Below, piece by piece: positions 1 through 13,000 of a stretch of DNA of 57,372 nt (its first letter is position 1; every line of letters starts with the position of its first letter). This DNA is from Catajapyx aquilonaris (lineage: Eukaryota). Location: the NCBI GenBank assembly GCA_000934665.2, contig KZ537966.1, positions 186,001 to 243,372 on the forward strand, written 5' to 3'. The notes under the pieces are model-generated. The model ran no database searches. It was not told where the DNA came from and saw only the letters and a program-made list of their open reading frames with translations. A program made the position numbers and the translations under genes.

Positions 1-2853
1 GCGGATGATGACTACTACCAGATACTTGGTGTTCCACGGGATGCGACTCTTGAGGACATCAAGCAGGCGTAAGTTCAGGAGTTCATTCCCTGTCACTTGT
101 ATATGAGAGCAGGCTAATCCGGTGCTGCTGCTTATTGGGGTAAGGAGCAGGTAAATTAGAGATGGAATAGTACAGTACATAAACAGTAAATAGAGCTGGA
201 AAGCCCAGTGCAAGACTTTCTTACATCTGCTTGCCCCGTCATGTCATTCTTTACTGATGTGCACTGGCCTGCAAACGAACAGACATACTGTGTGTAAAAT
301 TCCAGCCTGGCATGCACGCTGAGAGGATCTTGCATCTGGAGAGCCACTAAATATTTTAAAGAATATTTCTTATTAATCCTCAATGTCTTCCTCAATATTT
401 CCTCAATATCCGCTGGCAACCCCACATCTGTTTGTGAAACGCTGTGAAGATGATGATGATGATCTCTTATTTAATGTTATTTATAGGTACAAAACCCAAG
501 CACTTAAATGGCATCCTGACAAAAACCCAGACGACCAAGAGGGAGCCACCAAGCAATTCAAGGAGATTTCTGAAGCTTACCAAGTTCTTACTGATGGTGA
601 GTTATTCAGTAACATCAACAGTTAGCATATTAGGAGCTGGCTGGATTATATTGAAGGTAATATGAGTTACTCCATTCCTAATTTTTTTCTCTTGGCTGTG
701 CCCTTATTATACCAAAATCAACTATTAAATTTGAAAACATCACGTATAAACCAAATGAGTACGTTTACATGGGACTAAAAATCGGCCTGACCCAGGCTTC
801 CTCAGCAAGGCCTATCTACGCAAAGCCTGCTCCCACTTTTGCCACTGCTACATGGGACTGACCTGTGGGACTGACTATACCGGGCACTACATGGGACCGA
901 GGGGGTGAGCCGCCCGAAAATAGTCCCTACCATGCCGGGCCATACTCCGCTCCTCACAGCAAAATGTGCAATGTGTGTAGCTCTGCAGCTACCGCATGGG
1001 CTGCCTGTGATAATTAGGCAGTTGAATTACATGTACCAGCACTGTTTATTCGAGAAAGCCACAGATACGGGGGGACTATTTTCGCGGCCGGTAGTCCACT
1101 CAGAAGCAAGTCCTGGGCTGTCCCCTAGCAGCCAATCACCGCCATCGCCTTAGGTAGACCACCCGATCCAAAAGGCTTGGGCTGCGCCCGACAACGGATC
1201 AGATAAGGCCGGTCTATCGTAGGCCCAGCGGCTACATGGGAGTAAACCGGTTCGCCTAGCATAGGCGGCCGTAGCTAGGCCGATTTTTAGTCCCATGTAA
1301 ACGTACTCAATGTTGGAAAGTACAATAGGTGACAGGGCTTCTTTGTACCATTAACGGTTAACCTAAAAGATTCTGTCAGTACTTGCAAATGAGAAAGCCT
1401 GTACCATATGCATCATTGTTACAAAAATGCACTAGTATAGTCAGTCCCTTTACAAATACTGGACGTGTAGCATTTTCAGCACAATAATGGACACCTGTGA
1501 TGGACACTACATGAGGAAAGGTGGAATAGGCTCTCCTTTTCAGTCATCTTCTTTATTTCATTTGTACCATTGTACATTTCAGGAAAAGTAATGCAGCAGG
1601 ATTAGCCTTGCTTTAGGTCATGCTATTATGGACATTCCACACAGAAAAATTTTATTTATTTATTTTACCCCGTGCTAGGCATCAAGGGCCTCTTTGGGGG
1701 GTGGCACACCACCATCAGTTTTCTGAATCACTTTTTCTTTTTCTCTCCGGTGCAAGGGAAGGATAGGGATATGAGGGGGACACACTGGTGCTAGTGCATT
1801 GTCTATATGTTGGGGGTCGTGTGCAGTCCCTCGGGGGGCCCGTTCGCCAGAGATGACCCCCTAGGTGCGGGATCAGAAACCCCCCCACTGACCCCGCACC
1901 TCCTCAGGGATGGGACAAGGATAGGAAGGGCAGGAAGCGGCTGTGGCCTGTTATTACGGAAACAACTCCGGGATTTCCCTGGGGGGACCGTGGGAAACCA
2001 CAGAAATCCACGGTCAGAGTTGTCGGCACCGGGGATCGAACCCAGGACCTCCCGATTAGCAGCCGGATACCATATCCCCTCCGCTACCACTGCTTCGGTC
2101 CACACAGAAATTATTCATTAGCTAGCAAGTTTTAGCAAATATTTTTTTCAAATGGTGAAAATTGGGCCTGACAGCAACATATCCAGCATTTATACAATAA
2201 CTAGGGTTGCCAGAGTACAAATACAGGTTTACACGAGGTATAAAGCAATACATGTAACCCAATTACATATTTATTTGATTATGCAACTGCACGTGTCCAC
2301 TGGTAGAACATAAGTCATAGTCACATGCCTTTCTTTTGGTTATGTCAGTAAATCATGTTTTCCCTTCCCTTCAATTTCAGAGCATAAAAGGCACATTTAC
2401 GATCGTTATGGCAAGCAAGGGTTGAAGCACCAAGACCTGTGCTTCCGAGACCCACTGGAAGTGTTCATGGAGTTTATTGCTGAAAATCCTGTTGCAGGTA
2501 AGTTAATGCCAAAAATATTAGACAGCTTCTTTGGGATTCAAAGTATTTCTGGACATATTTATTTGGGTGATAGTTACTATAGGTTCCACTTACTTCACAG
2601 AAGGTATTAAATTTTAATGTCTTATCGCTGCAGTGCTACACGTTTTCCTCTTAATTTAAAAGAGTCCCAAATGTAGATAAACTATTTTTCCAGGTTACTC
2701 CGTTCAATCTTTAATGCAATTTTTGCAATATTTATAGTGGCTGTTGGAGTGGGTCTGGTAGCTGGAGCAGTAGCACTACTAAGTTGGGGTCTACATAAGT
2801 GGCTTGGTGGAGAAGAGAAACCACAAGATTCACCTAAGAAGCAGAGGAAGTGA
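1..2853 (+). CDS. DNAJB6-like J-domain protein paralog (5'-partial), probably with a C-terminal transmembrane tail
   Basis: Exons 1-68 ([23 protein letters not shown], donor gc|gtaagt), 487-596 ([39 protein letters not shown] motif) and 2381-2497 or 2381-2603 ([32 protein letters not shown]). Probable last exon 2694-2853 ([52 protein letters not shown]). AATAAA at 3028. The start codon probably lies just before base 1. The J-domain exons are secure; the 3' splice is uncertain. Confidence 0.8.
757..1308. mobile_element. Non-autonomous DNA transposon (MITE), PIF/Harbinger-like
   Basis: About 32-bp TIRs gagtacgtttacatgggactaaaaatcggcct / aggccgatttttagtcccatgtaaacgtactc. 3-bp direct flank AAT (754-756, 1309-1311). 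Internal reiterations of tacatggga. No transposase. Confidence 0.85.
1648..2098 (-). mobile_element. tRNA-derived SINE, family A, copy 1 (Deu/Nin-domain-like core)
   Basis: Minus strand has a Pol III A-box-like segment and B box (gggttcgatccc), a core gtggtttcccacgg...ggccacagccgcttcc shared with the copies at 29532 and 46322, an (AAAT)n tail, and TSD tccacacagaaa (1636-1647, 2099-2110). Confidence 0.85.
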
Positions 2854-3294
2854 ATCTTATACATAACCAGTATGACGAAGAAGTCATCATCCACCAAGTT
2901 ATGATTATCCTTCACTTTTCAAGACTGATTCATAAGACATTGATACCGCACACAGTATGCTAATATCATAAATCAGTGAATTGAACTCAATGAACAGCTC
3001 ACCATAAAACCAGAGGTGGCACACCTAAATAAAGCCATGTTTTCAAAGCATTTTTTCTCCCATGTCACATCAAGATGCAAAAATATGGATGTTAGAAGTA
3101 GAAAGGTCAAAACTTTTTTATGTCACAGTAATTTACAATGAGTTTTTAGTCTTTCTACTGTGTAGTTGTGTAAATAATAATTAAATTAATTCTTCATTGT
3201 GGTATTTATTAGTATGTTGATAGATGTGCCAGTGTGTGTCGCAAATACGTATTGTTTTCTGCGGCTGCCATCATCCCATCATTGAAAAAGGGTT

Positions 3295-3744
3295 GTGTTA
3301 GCCGCGCGCGGTGTAAGACCCCTTCTGCGCATGCCCAGTGCTGTCCTCCTCCTGATTGGTCCCTTCCCTCCCGTCCGTCTCTCCCATTGGTGCTTCCCTC
3401 CTCCGTGTAAACCCTCCAAGCAAGTGCTGCCACCTTCAGACCATTTCCGCCAACAGATGATCGAACAAGTGAGCCTCGGAGAGTCGCCTTTTTTTTCCTC
3501 TCTCTCTCTCTCTCCTTCCATTTGTTTTGTTTGTTTTTTTCCGATCAGCCAAGCAGCAGCTCTTGTTTGTTGGGGGGTCGCCACAAGTGACGGTTGTTTG
3601 CTGGAGCCTCTTTCTGGTCCCCCCCGCTCTGCTCGAATCCAGACCCGGGCCTTTTTTATCCCCGGGGGAAGAGAGACGAGGCCCGACCCCCAAAATTCGC
3701 AGCTGGAGGAAACAAGGAACACCCGAACGGTGCGGACCACAAGG
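3295..3744 (+). promoter_or_regulatory. CpG-rich promoter and non-coding first exon of DNAJB6
   Basis: Abrupt CpG-rich island. tgcgcatgc (NRF-1/Ewg-like) near 3326. Two reverse CCAAT boxes (attgg at 3355 and 3386, 31 bp apart). CT-rich tract. Strong donor caagg|gtgagt after 3744. The next clear coding exon on this strand has its acceptor at 15753. Confidence 0.6.
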
Positions 3745-4073
3745 GTGAGTCGACAAACTGAACAGAAATCGGGCGGGAGAGAAGACAAAGGGGCTTCGTC
3801 AGTCGGATGACCAGTCCACTGGTTGTTGTACTTTTGTGAGTAATATGCTATATTATGCGCAAGTATGTAACATTGGTTGGGATTGAATGGAATAGCGTTG
3901 CGGTACGTGTAGGTTTGAATGGGCATAAAATGTTTGATGTGTTCATAAAAGGAATGGCTTCCCCCCCTCTGGGAGCGTAACTTATGCGTTTGCAGGTGAC
4001 AGAAAGTACTTACTATACACGGAGCTTGCATATGTTCACCTTCAAACTGGGGTGGCCAAGCTGAACCAACAAC

Positions 4074-4098
4074 TTCTAGAAATTTCTAAGGAATATTC
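4074..4098. promoter_or_regulatory. Candidate heat-shock element
   Basis: TTCtaGAAatTTC (4074-4086) is a perfect three-unit nGAAn array, followed by GAAtaTTC. It lies about 330 bp inside intron 1 of an Hsp40 gene. Confidence 0.4.
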
Positions 4099-7000
4099 TA
4101 CCAACATTTTTCCTATTGACATTTTTCTAGGCTTTTCTGTAAGCATATATCTAAGCTTTTCTACCAACTCTTGTAGAAAATTCTGGCTGGGCATTTGCCC
4201 AAATTACTGTAAGGCTGGATTGCACCATCGCAGATTGGACAATGGAACCCCAGGGATTCAAACAAAATGCCATGGCGCAACCTGGCCTGGAGCATATTAA
4301 AATAGTGGAGTTTCCTAGTGTCTCTAGACCACTACTGCGACAGGCTTATAGGTCAATACGCCTATGATCCATTGGAATTAATAACTTGCATGGGCTTACA
4401 TGAAAGTAGGATATCATGATGCAACTGTGCCGAAATGCGGTGGGTTTTCGTAATGTTACAGTTTTAAACTTGTGTAAGGAGCACTACATGAGATTGAAGA
4501 TAGAATGTTTCTCATATTTTAAGAATGTTACAGAAACATCCTGTATGTGTGATGCAACGTTTGAATTGTGGTCGGATTGAGGCGAGTTAGGGTTGCCTTG
4601 CAATGCTTGATTGCACCCATGGTGGTCATTTGATAAGGTTTTGCAATGTTTGCTTCCAGTAGTTGCAACATACCAGTAACTCATCTTTGTAGTTTGTGAG
4701 TTGGGAGCACTGACCAACTCATAACATGGCAAGTTATGGTGTCAAATATTTAAATAATATTAATCATTACTTGTAGCCTGCCACTGAATTAATGAGGAGG
4801 GGGAGGCTGACCAAAATGTGCTACTGAAGTTAAATGCAAAAATTCTAACTTGTCTATTAAAATTGGAATCATATGCTGTGCTGCATGCATTGTGCGAGGT
4901 GCCTTTGTCCACACCAACAGCACAGCTGCAACAATTCATAAAATGGTGGTGTATTTGCTGTATAGATTTTGAGCAAGTTATTTCGTTCAGTGCGGCAGAT
5001 GTTTTCCTATCACGTGTTATTTCAAGCGTTGTGTGAGCATGACTACGGCAGACATTTTTATCTAATCAGAAGGTTTGGCCTGGTGTTTTTAGCTCTAATG
5101 GGAGTATGCAGTTTCTGATCACTTGAGAATTTGCTGTTGTATCGCTTGAGTCTTTGAAGCTGTTGTGCAACTATTTTATGTGCATTCTTTGCACCCTGCA
5201 ACGTGCCTGCAATGCACAGATAATGCAAAGTCTGGATTCACTCAACATGGCAGGCATTCTGTGCCTCACAATCGTGTATTGTCATGAACTAGAGAATTGC
5301 CGGCTAGCTGAGGAAAAACAATCACTTCATTCTGCTTAAAGAAAGTTACAAGCTGCATTTGCTGAAAGCATGCAAAGGAGCCAAACAGTAACTTTTATTA
5401 CCCAACCATAAATCAAAAAATGTGCGGTAATGCACATGTTTAACTTACTGAGCACGTTGAACCCATCCCCCTGTGCTCCAGCGGAAGGCAGAAAAGAGCT
5501 ACATAATGCCATGTTGTAACATGACAATTGTGGTACATTCTGCTTGCATGTGCCCGATGATTAGTGAGGGATTGAAAGTGGGTTTGGGGGTATGAAGGGA
5601 ACGAGAGGAAGAGTGTGTGTCCTGTGCCTGGGGCTTCTGGCACAGCAGGGGCTGATGGAGAAGCCACTCATGCCCCAAGGCACCATTGCACAAAAACTGG
5701 TATACATGCAGGAGAGAGACAGCAGATGTGGGTTTGCTGCTCAACCCACCCAGAACGCTGTTCTAGTAGTTTCCAAACAGGCTCCTGTAGTTTCATGCGA
5801 TAGCAACAGTTGACTTTCAGGCTCAGCACGGTGAGGTATGAATTTCTCTAGGTTCTCTAGGCATTATCTGTATTATTTTTATTTTTATTATTAATAATAA
5901 GGATCAACCATTTGTTGTTGTTTCAGCAACCAAGCACTGTTGTAATATTTTTTTAAAGGGACATGTTTGGGCCATGGTGCAATTTTTGTCTTAGGCGGTG
6001 TCTGTTTGCCAAGCATGGCGAGGAAATTAGAATATGTAAATATTGCCAGGAAGCTGGTCACCCAACCGCATAAAGGGAAACACGCGTTCGTGATTCACAC
6101 GGAGGGTAAAAATGAGTGTAAGTGGCCGGAGGTGCAGATCTTGAATTATTTCCCAGGCCACTCCCGTGCGAAATAATTCAGATACAAAAAAAAAAAAAAA
6201 AGAAGGACGCCAGGAGGAAAAATGACAAGACTGGCTGGTTTGCAGATCTTCCTTATAGTGGGCGGGACACTGATCTGAGAAAAGAAACAGCAGTTTGCCC
6301 AGCTGGAAAACACTAGTGTTGGGTAGATTTCCTGTCACGCAAATTCAACACTTGCACTAGTTGTTAATTTATTGTATTTTTAATACACTGAAGGGCACGC
6401 TCTAGGGGACCCAGACCCTCGTCTGATCCGGAGACATGGTTAATGATCGCAAGAACCGCATTGCATTAACCCAAAATGAATTGCCTGCTTTGTATGGGTA
6501 AGGGGTGAGTCAGATCCCCCTAGGACACCGATTACATGGCGTGGACGGGGGTAAATTGAAAACTGAGTAGGTGCCATTTGCCATTTCGAGGGAAAGGGTT
6601 GTCTGCTTTGGCCACTTTATCGCACTACAAGAGGAGTCAAAAGACATGTTCCTGCTCCTGTTTTCTTGAGAGGTTGCAGCCACGCCCGAATCGGCTGATC
6701 CCAAGGGCACGTATGGCACGGTTAGGTATTGCCTGCTGGATATGTGTTTGACGGGACGGTAATGGATTGGGACGTGTGCGGATTTATGGGGAGGAATACC
6801 CCTGGGTCATTGGCAAAAACTTGATGCAGCACTTGGCACTCGGATCACGTGCATTTGGGGACTGGATCGATGCTGGGAGGCTGCTGCCTTCAGGTGGCAC
6901 TCTGGGTTGTTTGCCAAAAAAATATTTGGATGGGTACTGTGAGCAGCCAAGTGCGACATTTATACCTGTTTTGAGATGTGTGTGCTCAAATGGAAATCCA

Positions 7001-10000
7001 TATACGTGACCCTTTGACATTACAGGATAAGTGTCATCTGATAGCGAGATCCCATTTGTGAGTTTGATGGCAAGGGCCGGTTTCGACTTGCTAATGGACC
7101 GCCATCTGCTTTGCGGAAAGGTCACCTTTTTTTGACGTTGACTCATAGTTCTGCGACATGCTGGTCACCTCCTGAAAGTGACCTCGGTACGGAAATGGCT
7201 TGACGACGAAAACAATATGTGACGTAGGTTCGCAATTCGCGGTTCCTGTGAACCTGCGTAATTTTTCAGCATCTCTCAAGTCATTAGTCACGATAGGTCC
7301 AAACTAATGGGAGAAAAAAGTTTCTTTAAATTTTTTCGGGAAACGCCCTTGGTAGTTTCAGGGTCGGTTGTTTAGACCCAAAAATAAAAGCTAATTGGTT
7401 TGCACAATTGCGATTTTTTTTTTCTTCGTGTACTGGCGGCGTAATTCTATCCCTCCACCGAATGTGTTCCATCCGGTGTATCGATCGTCCTTTTGCATGT
7501 TGCAGCTTGTAGATGCCGTAGGGACATTATTTTGTATTATTCAACGGACGAGAGGGGCTTTCAGGTTGAGTGGCCTGGGATTTTGTGCGGTGGCATTATG
7601 GGGGAGGGTTTTGATTCCTGGGAGGGAAAAGTGAGTCGTAATGTACGAGATGAGTGCATGATGGGGACGTTCAAACTGTCAGTTTGGGTTATTTAGATTT
7701 GGAGGTGTTGCCCTCTTCAAAATTACGTGATTTGAATGGCAGCAAGGCTAAAATTTCTTGCACTGATTTTCCCGAGTTTGAGTCGTTGAATGTAATGCTT
7801 GGTGATTGTTTTTTATGGAACAATAGGCAGTTTTGGCGAATGGGGGACGACTTGTTTCTGGCTTGTCGAGCCGGTTTGGAGACAGTTTTTGTGTGCATCT
7901 GAGCGTATACACGTCACAAGATTTCAGAGAGGGAAATCGGAAGCTTTCGTGCGACCCGAAGAAAAAAAATCGATGTGCCCTCAGAGTCATGGGAAAAGGA
8001 AATATTACTTCCAATGAGTTGAATCCCGGGGAATTCGGTGACCGTGTTGGGCATACCGGAATTTCGGGCATTTCCTATAAGTTGGGGGGTGAAAATATGG
8101 TCCGATTTGGGCATGAAATTTTTGTGAGGTCGTGTATGATGCACATGCGCGCGCATACGCGATGAGGGTGCGGTCACCACTGTCGATACTAGTAATGTGC
8201 ATATTTCCATGAGATTAATAATTGCAGCAGGTGAGAGGGGTCGATTCCTTGAAGCATCCGGTCATTTCCTTACATTCGAATGTGAAGATGCTGCGTTTCT
8301 AGGAAGCGCCATGCAGATCAATAGGTGTTGACTCACAGTAATAGTTTATTTACTTACACAATCGCGTTTAGAATTATCAGCAGCTAGTTGCTGAAATACC
8401 TTTTGTGCAATGGTGTCATGTGCATGGCGTATCACGTGATAAGCTGGAAAACAGAGGAAATGTATAATCTTCCCTTTCCATTCATACATCACCTGAAGGT
8501 TGCCCTGAACATGCGAATTGTTCAGCCTTTACATTCACCTCATTTGCATCCTCACCATCAAGTATTTTTGCCAGTGACCTTCAGCCATCGAGAGATGTTG
8601 AATGTGACGCATTAATCGTGGATTAATCCCCCCCTTGCTGTTAGTTCTAAAGGTTGGTCCACTCACTACCGGTATTTCATTCAGCACGGTTTAACACCCG
8701 TTTCATATACTACCCATTACTTCTCGCACCGCAGAGGTCACGCCCCGTGGCCTGTGACCGCGTGAAGTGGCCGTGGACGAGGGCGGACCCCGAAGATGAC
8801 GATGAGTCCATCCTAGCGAAAATGGTGTAGGGTGAAGGACGTTGGAGGCCGTCAGCCCTCGGTTGAAGGAATGGTAATTACAACGGTTGAGTCCTCTACT
8901 ATAGGGATGGTCCTCGGTTGGTTGGGTGCGGAGGAAGCTGCGGCGTATCGCCCCGGAACACTTTGGGGAAGACCTGCCCTTATGAGAGGAAGACCTGGTG
9001 GGCCGTGGAGCCGACCCTAAAGTTCAAAGTCAAGGGGGCGAGTTGTATGGGGATCGCATGTCCATTTGGCCAACACGCGAAGTAGCGGTTTTGGTTGTGT
9101 TAGGGAAGATGGGGGGGGNGGGGGAAATATATGGGTCCGAAATGAGGTTGGCCTCATTTTTAGGACCCCAATATATTTCAACCCGAAAAAAAACTGCCCG
9201 ATTGCGAATACACCACCGGGAGTCATCGGAGCGCTGAACCCTGACCTCAGAAGTGGTATCCGCTCTTGAGGTAAGGGCATGGTCCGTGTTCGTCCAAGCG
9301 TGCGATACGGTACTGTGAGGTGGCTCATCCCATTTAATGACCGTTTAGCAGTTGTCTAATATGGCGAAAGAGGTCGGCGCACCTGAGGGTCATCATCATC
9401 AGAGGCTCCTCCCATTTCCCCACGCCGTTGTGACGTGATTGAGGAGAAGATGAAGGGGTTTGGGTATATGTTCCGTACGGTTTTCTGTGGAGACTGGGGT
9501 CACACAGGTGGCTGTGCACACGGGACACGCAAAAAGCGGAGGATATACCGAAGTAAACGAGCACAAGGTACAAGTCCTGGTTTTCTGGTCGTATCCTGTG
9601 GTTACATCACTTTTTGGTCCGCCCTGATCATTATTTTGGTAATTGGGAGAGCTTTTTACGTGGTCGGGACTGTTTTTCTCAGGGTGGACCTGCGTGATTG
9701 CCTGTCGTTTCGTTGTGTGAAGCAATGATATACGTCTTATTACCTGGTATTGTAGTTCCGCAATTTTTTTGCTCGCACGATTGGGCCATTGTTTTGATTG
9801 AATCGGAAGGGAATGTCATTGTCCTGCCATTGCCACATGGGAATGACAATGCTGAGACTTTATTTATTTAACGTATTATTTATTTCCTATACTCACAGGA
9901 CTTCAGTGCAGTGGGTGATATCTGACAGATTTCTTGGTGTTTTTTTTTTGCCAATTTTGCGTAGGCAGTCGCATTTTCGCATATTTGGAGTTGGGGGCTG

Positions 10001-13000
10001 CCTCATTTTCTGCCTTTATTCAGGTCAGGTCGTGGCCCTTCCACTTCGCAGAGATAGTATTGACCAAAGATAGTCGAAATGAGGCTGCTTCCAATTAGAC
10101 GCAGGCGTGAGTCACTAGATTGCTGCAGGTTGCTACCCGGCCATAACGGACATGACAGGTACCCTCATTATTGCGCGGCTTTTATGGTATTTCTTGGAAT
10201 TTTTGAGGGGTGAAGAGCCTGACGGTCAAGTCAGGAGCATCCACCAGGATTTGCCTTTTTGGATATATATATTTTTTTCCAACCGATAACTGCACTTCAA
10301 AAGAAACTTTTCAAAGCGTGTGAACGAATATGTTTGGACTGACATCACCTTTGTTGTCATTGTCGTGATGATGACCGTAATGGTGATGTCAGTTGAAGAG
10401 AATCACAGTATTACAATGTTGCCGCAGTTACCTGCCACAAAGTACAACAATAGTAGCCAATCAGTCGACAGTTTTATCGTCGTGGACACTCGGTTTACAC
10501 AGCGACGTGGCAGAGACATCGGGTGGGTAGGCTGAAGAAAATAAAATAAAATAAAATAAACATAAGGCGGCCGGCCTGTAAAGGACAGGTAAGATTTGCA
10601 GAGGTGTTTTGGGTGTGGGAAGATGGGCCGTGTTGCAATGCCGACCCGGATGCCATCCCTTATTCAAACCCCGGACAAAGGAGTCTGGGGGTGTTGATGA
10701 CCCGGCCATAGGACGGCAGTGGGCCGGTACCCGCACCATGTGAGTGTGAGTGTGTGGGGGACACCACACACTTGCCCCCCGAGGCAGTGTATTTCCCTCT
10801 GTGCATCTGGCAACTTCGGGCCAGTTACGTCACCTCGAGAGGTCTGGGCAAGCGCCTGAGAAAGAGCCCCAAATACAGAGGGGCTTCAGTGCAGAGGCGG
10901 ACGAGGGCGGTGGAGGACACGACCACTGAGGACACCTGCATTTTGCGTGCGTTTTAGTACGCCTGGTTTCATTAGTGGGACCCCCCTTGTTTCAAATACG
11001 ATGGACATGGCTTGAAGCTTTTGGTGTGCATACCATTTTTTCGGGTGAGTTTTGTGGGAACTGTATTATGCAATTTTTCCGGCCAGTTTGAATGTACTGA
11101 AGGTTGGAGGGGTATAAATAGGAAGTGTTGTTGACACGCCCGTGGTGCTGTGCGTGCGTTTGCGCGTGAGAAAGAGAGAAAAAAATTGCGGGTAACTGTT
11201 ATTTTTTCTATCGAGCCGATTGATTATCGGGGCTGACGTAACGGGCGTAAAATTACACGGGAGAAGCCTTCCTTCCTCCCGTTATGAATTTTTGCGTGGT
11301 TCTGTAATTGGGCGTACTTGAGAAAGTGAGATCCCGGAGAGCATGTGCAAATAACGCGATTACGGTGCCGATTGTTTTGCTTGGCGGGTTATGGCTGGCC
11401 GCAATCAAAAGAGATCAAGGCGGGCTGGATGACTGCACGCCTACGCTGTAGACCGACGTGAAACCCTTTCTCCTTTTTAAGCTCACTTAAGAAGGGATTA
11501 AGCAGCCTTTCTTAAGAATATGGAGAGAAAAAAAGAACAAGTCGCTGCTATTTCAATTAGAGGAATTTACTGTTTTTTTTATTGCCATGGGGATAATGCG
11601 AAGTGCAGTTTAAATCAGTGCTTGTGACGTGTGAAAATGGGCATACACGTCCTTGCACCTACATCACGTGGGCTAAGTTTAGAAGCGGTTGAAAAAGAGA
11701 GCACGTGGTGTTTGGTTCGCACACATAAAAAGGTGGATGTAACCGTAATTAACGTGGTGCCGAGGATAAATGCTTCCGCATGTCCTTGTATTAATCGGAT
11801 GGGATGCAAGAAAAAAAAAAGTACGTATGTATTGCTTTGGGAGCGGCCTTGAGTAGATTTTTCTGTGCAGAAGACATGCGAACATGCAGTCAGCCTTCGC
11901 CGGAACAACTGTGTTAAAGTGTTAACGGTTGCAATGCAACGTTCCAGATGTCTGTTTTTTTCTCTCTCTCTTTGCACACGTGAGCACCGGCGTGACTGTT
12001 TTGCTTGGAACCGAGTAGGTAAATATTGTAATTGGGTATCGATATATTTAGAAAGCGGCGGCCGTGACAGTTGACGACACACGCAATAATATAGCTCCAG
12101 TTGTGTGATGGTTGATCGTGCATTGTATTAATTGCCAAATACTGCCTGCAATATTTTACGTAACTGCACCAAGTGCTGCGGTCAGTAAACACCTTTAGTA
12201 TCTTGGTGATGGCAATGAGGAGGAGGAGCCGTGATCCATTCTGGCACCAAGGTTACAGTTATCACCAGCTATGTTTTTTTTTTTTTAAACGGAAGAGACG
12301 CTCATTTGAGGGAGTTTCCGTGTGTTGGATGCGTTGAGCCTGACGTGTGGTCGAAATGGTACAGTACAGTGCTTGAAGTGGGAGGTTTGGTATGGACAAC
12401 ACTTCCGGTACCTCTGGGTTATGACGCCCCCGTGTGACCCCCGAGGGAGGGTTGTCCGTTTATCTCGTGGTGCGGCTGCCTCTTGGGATGGGAGCCAAAC
12501 AAGCAAGGAGATTTAAACTTCTTGGCACTCTCAGGTCGATGGGGGTTGTACATTCAGGAGTCAAGAATAACTAGGGGGGAAGGAGAAGAAGGTTCTGTTT
12601 CTAAGGGGGAGTTTTGCTGTGTTTCCAAAGCCCGTGCCCTTCCGGTGGGTTTTTGTGCTCAGACGGGGGGTTGTCAGCAAGCCGGTATTTATGTATATGG
12701 GATTTTAGCTGCGTTCATAATCAGCCGGGCCCTTGTGATACGACATGGCCAGCTAAAACGAGCCAAACGAAAAAAAAAATTTGGTGTGACGCACGTGCCC
12801 AAATTTGTTCAGTACGTGCAAGGACTAAGTACGCAGCCGGGCAGATTTGTTCCTTTCTCTATATAGAGAGAGGCTTTGATGAACAGTCATGTGGTTTTTG
12901 GACTATTGGTTCGTTGGAATGTAAAGACCATTTGCGGCGAAGCACTTCACGCCTGTTTGGCCATCTCCAAAAGGCGAGCTGTACACTTGATGGAGCGTGT

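Noticed and set aside
2030..2098. tRNA-like sequences here and at about 29760-29836 and 46322-46410
   Set aside because: They are SINE heads joined to a shared core, tail and TSD, not stand-alone tRNA genes.
3209..4031. ORFs of 106-250 aa over the DNAJB6 promoter
   Set aside because: They overlap on both strands in GC-rich sequence with simple repeats and show no recognisable domain. Better explained as promoter and 5' UTR.
8735..10957. Two exon-like segments sharing ggacgagggcgg and loosely similar peptides (TRADPEDDDESIL, TRAVEDTTTEDTCIL)
   Set aside because: A 12-nt match is expected by chance within 12 kb, and I could not build a consistent spliced ORF.
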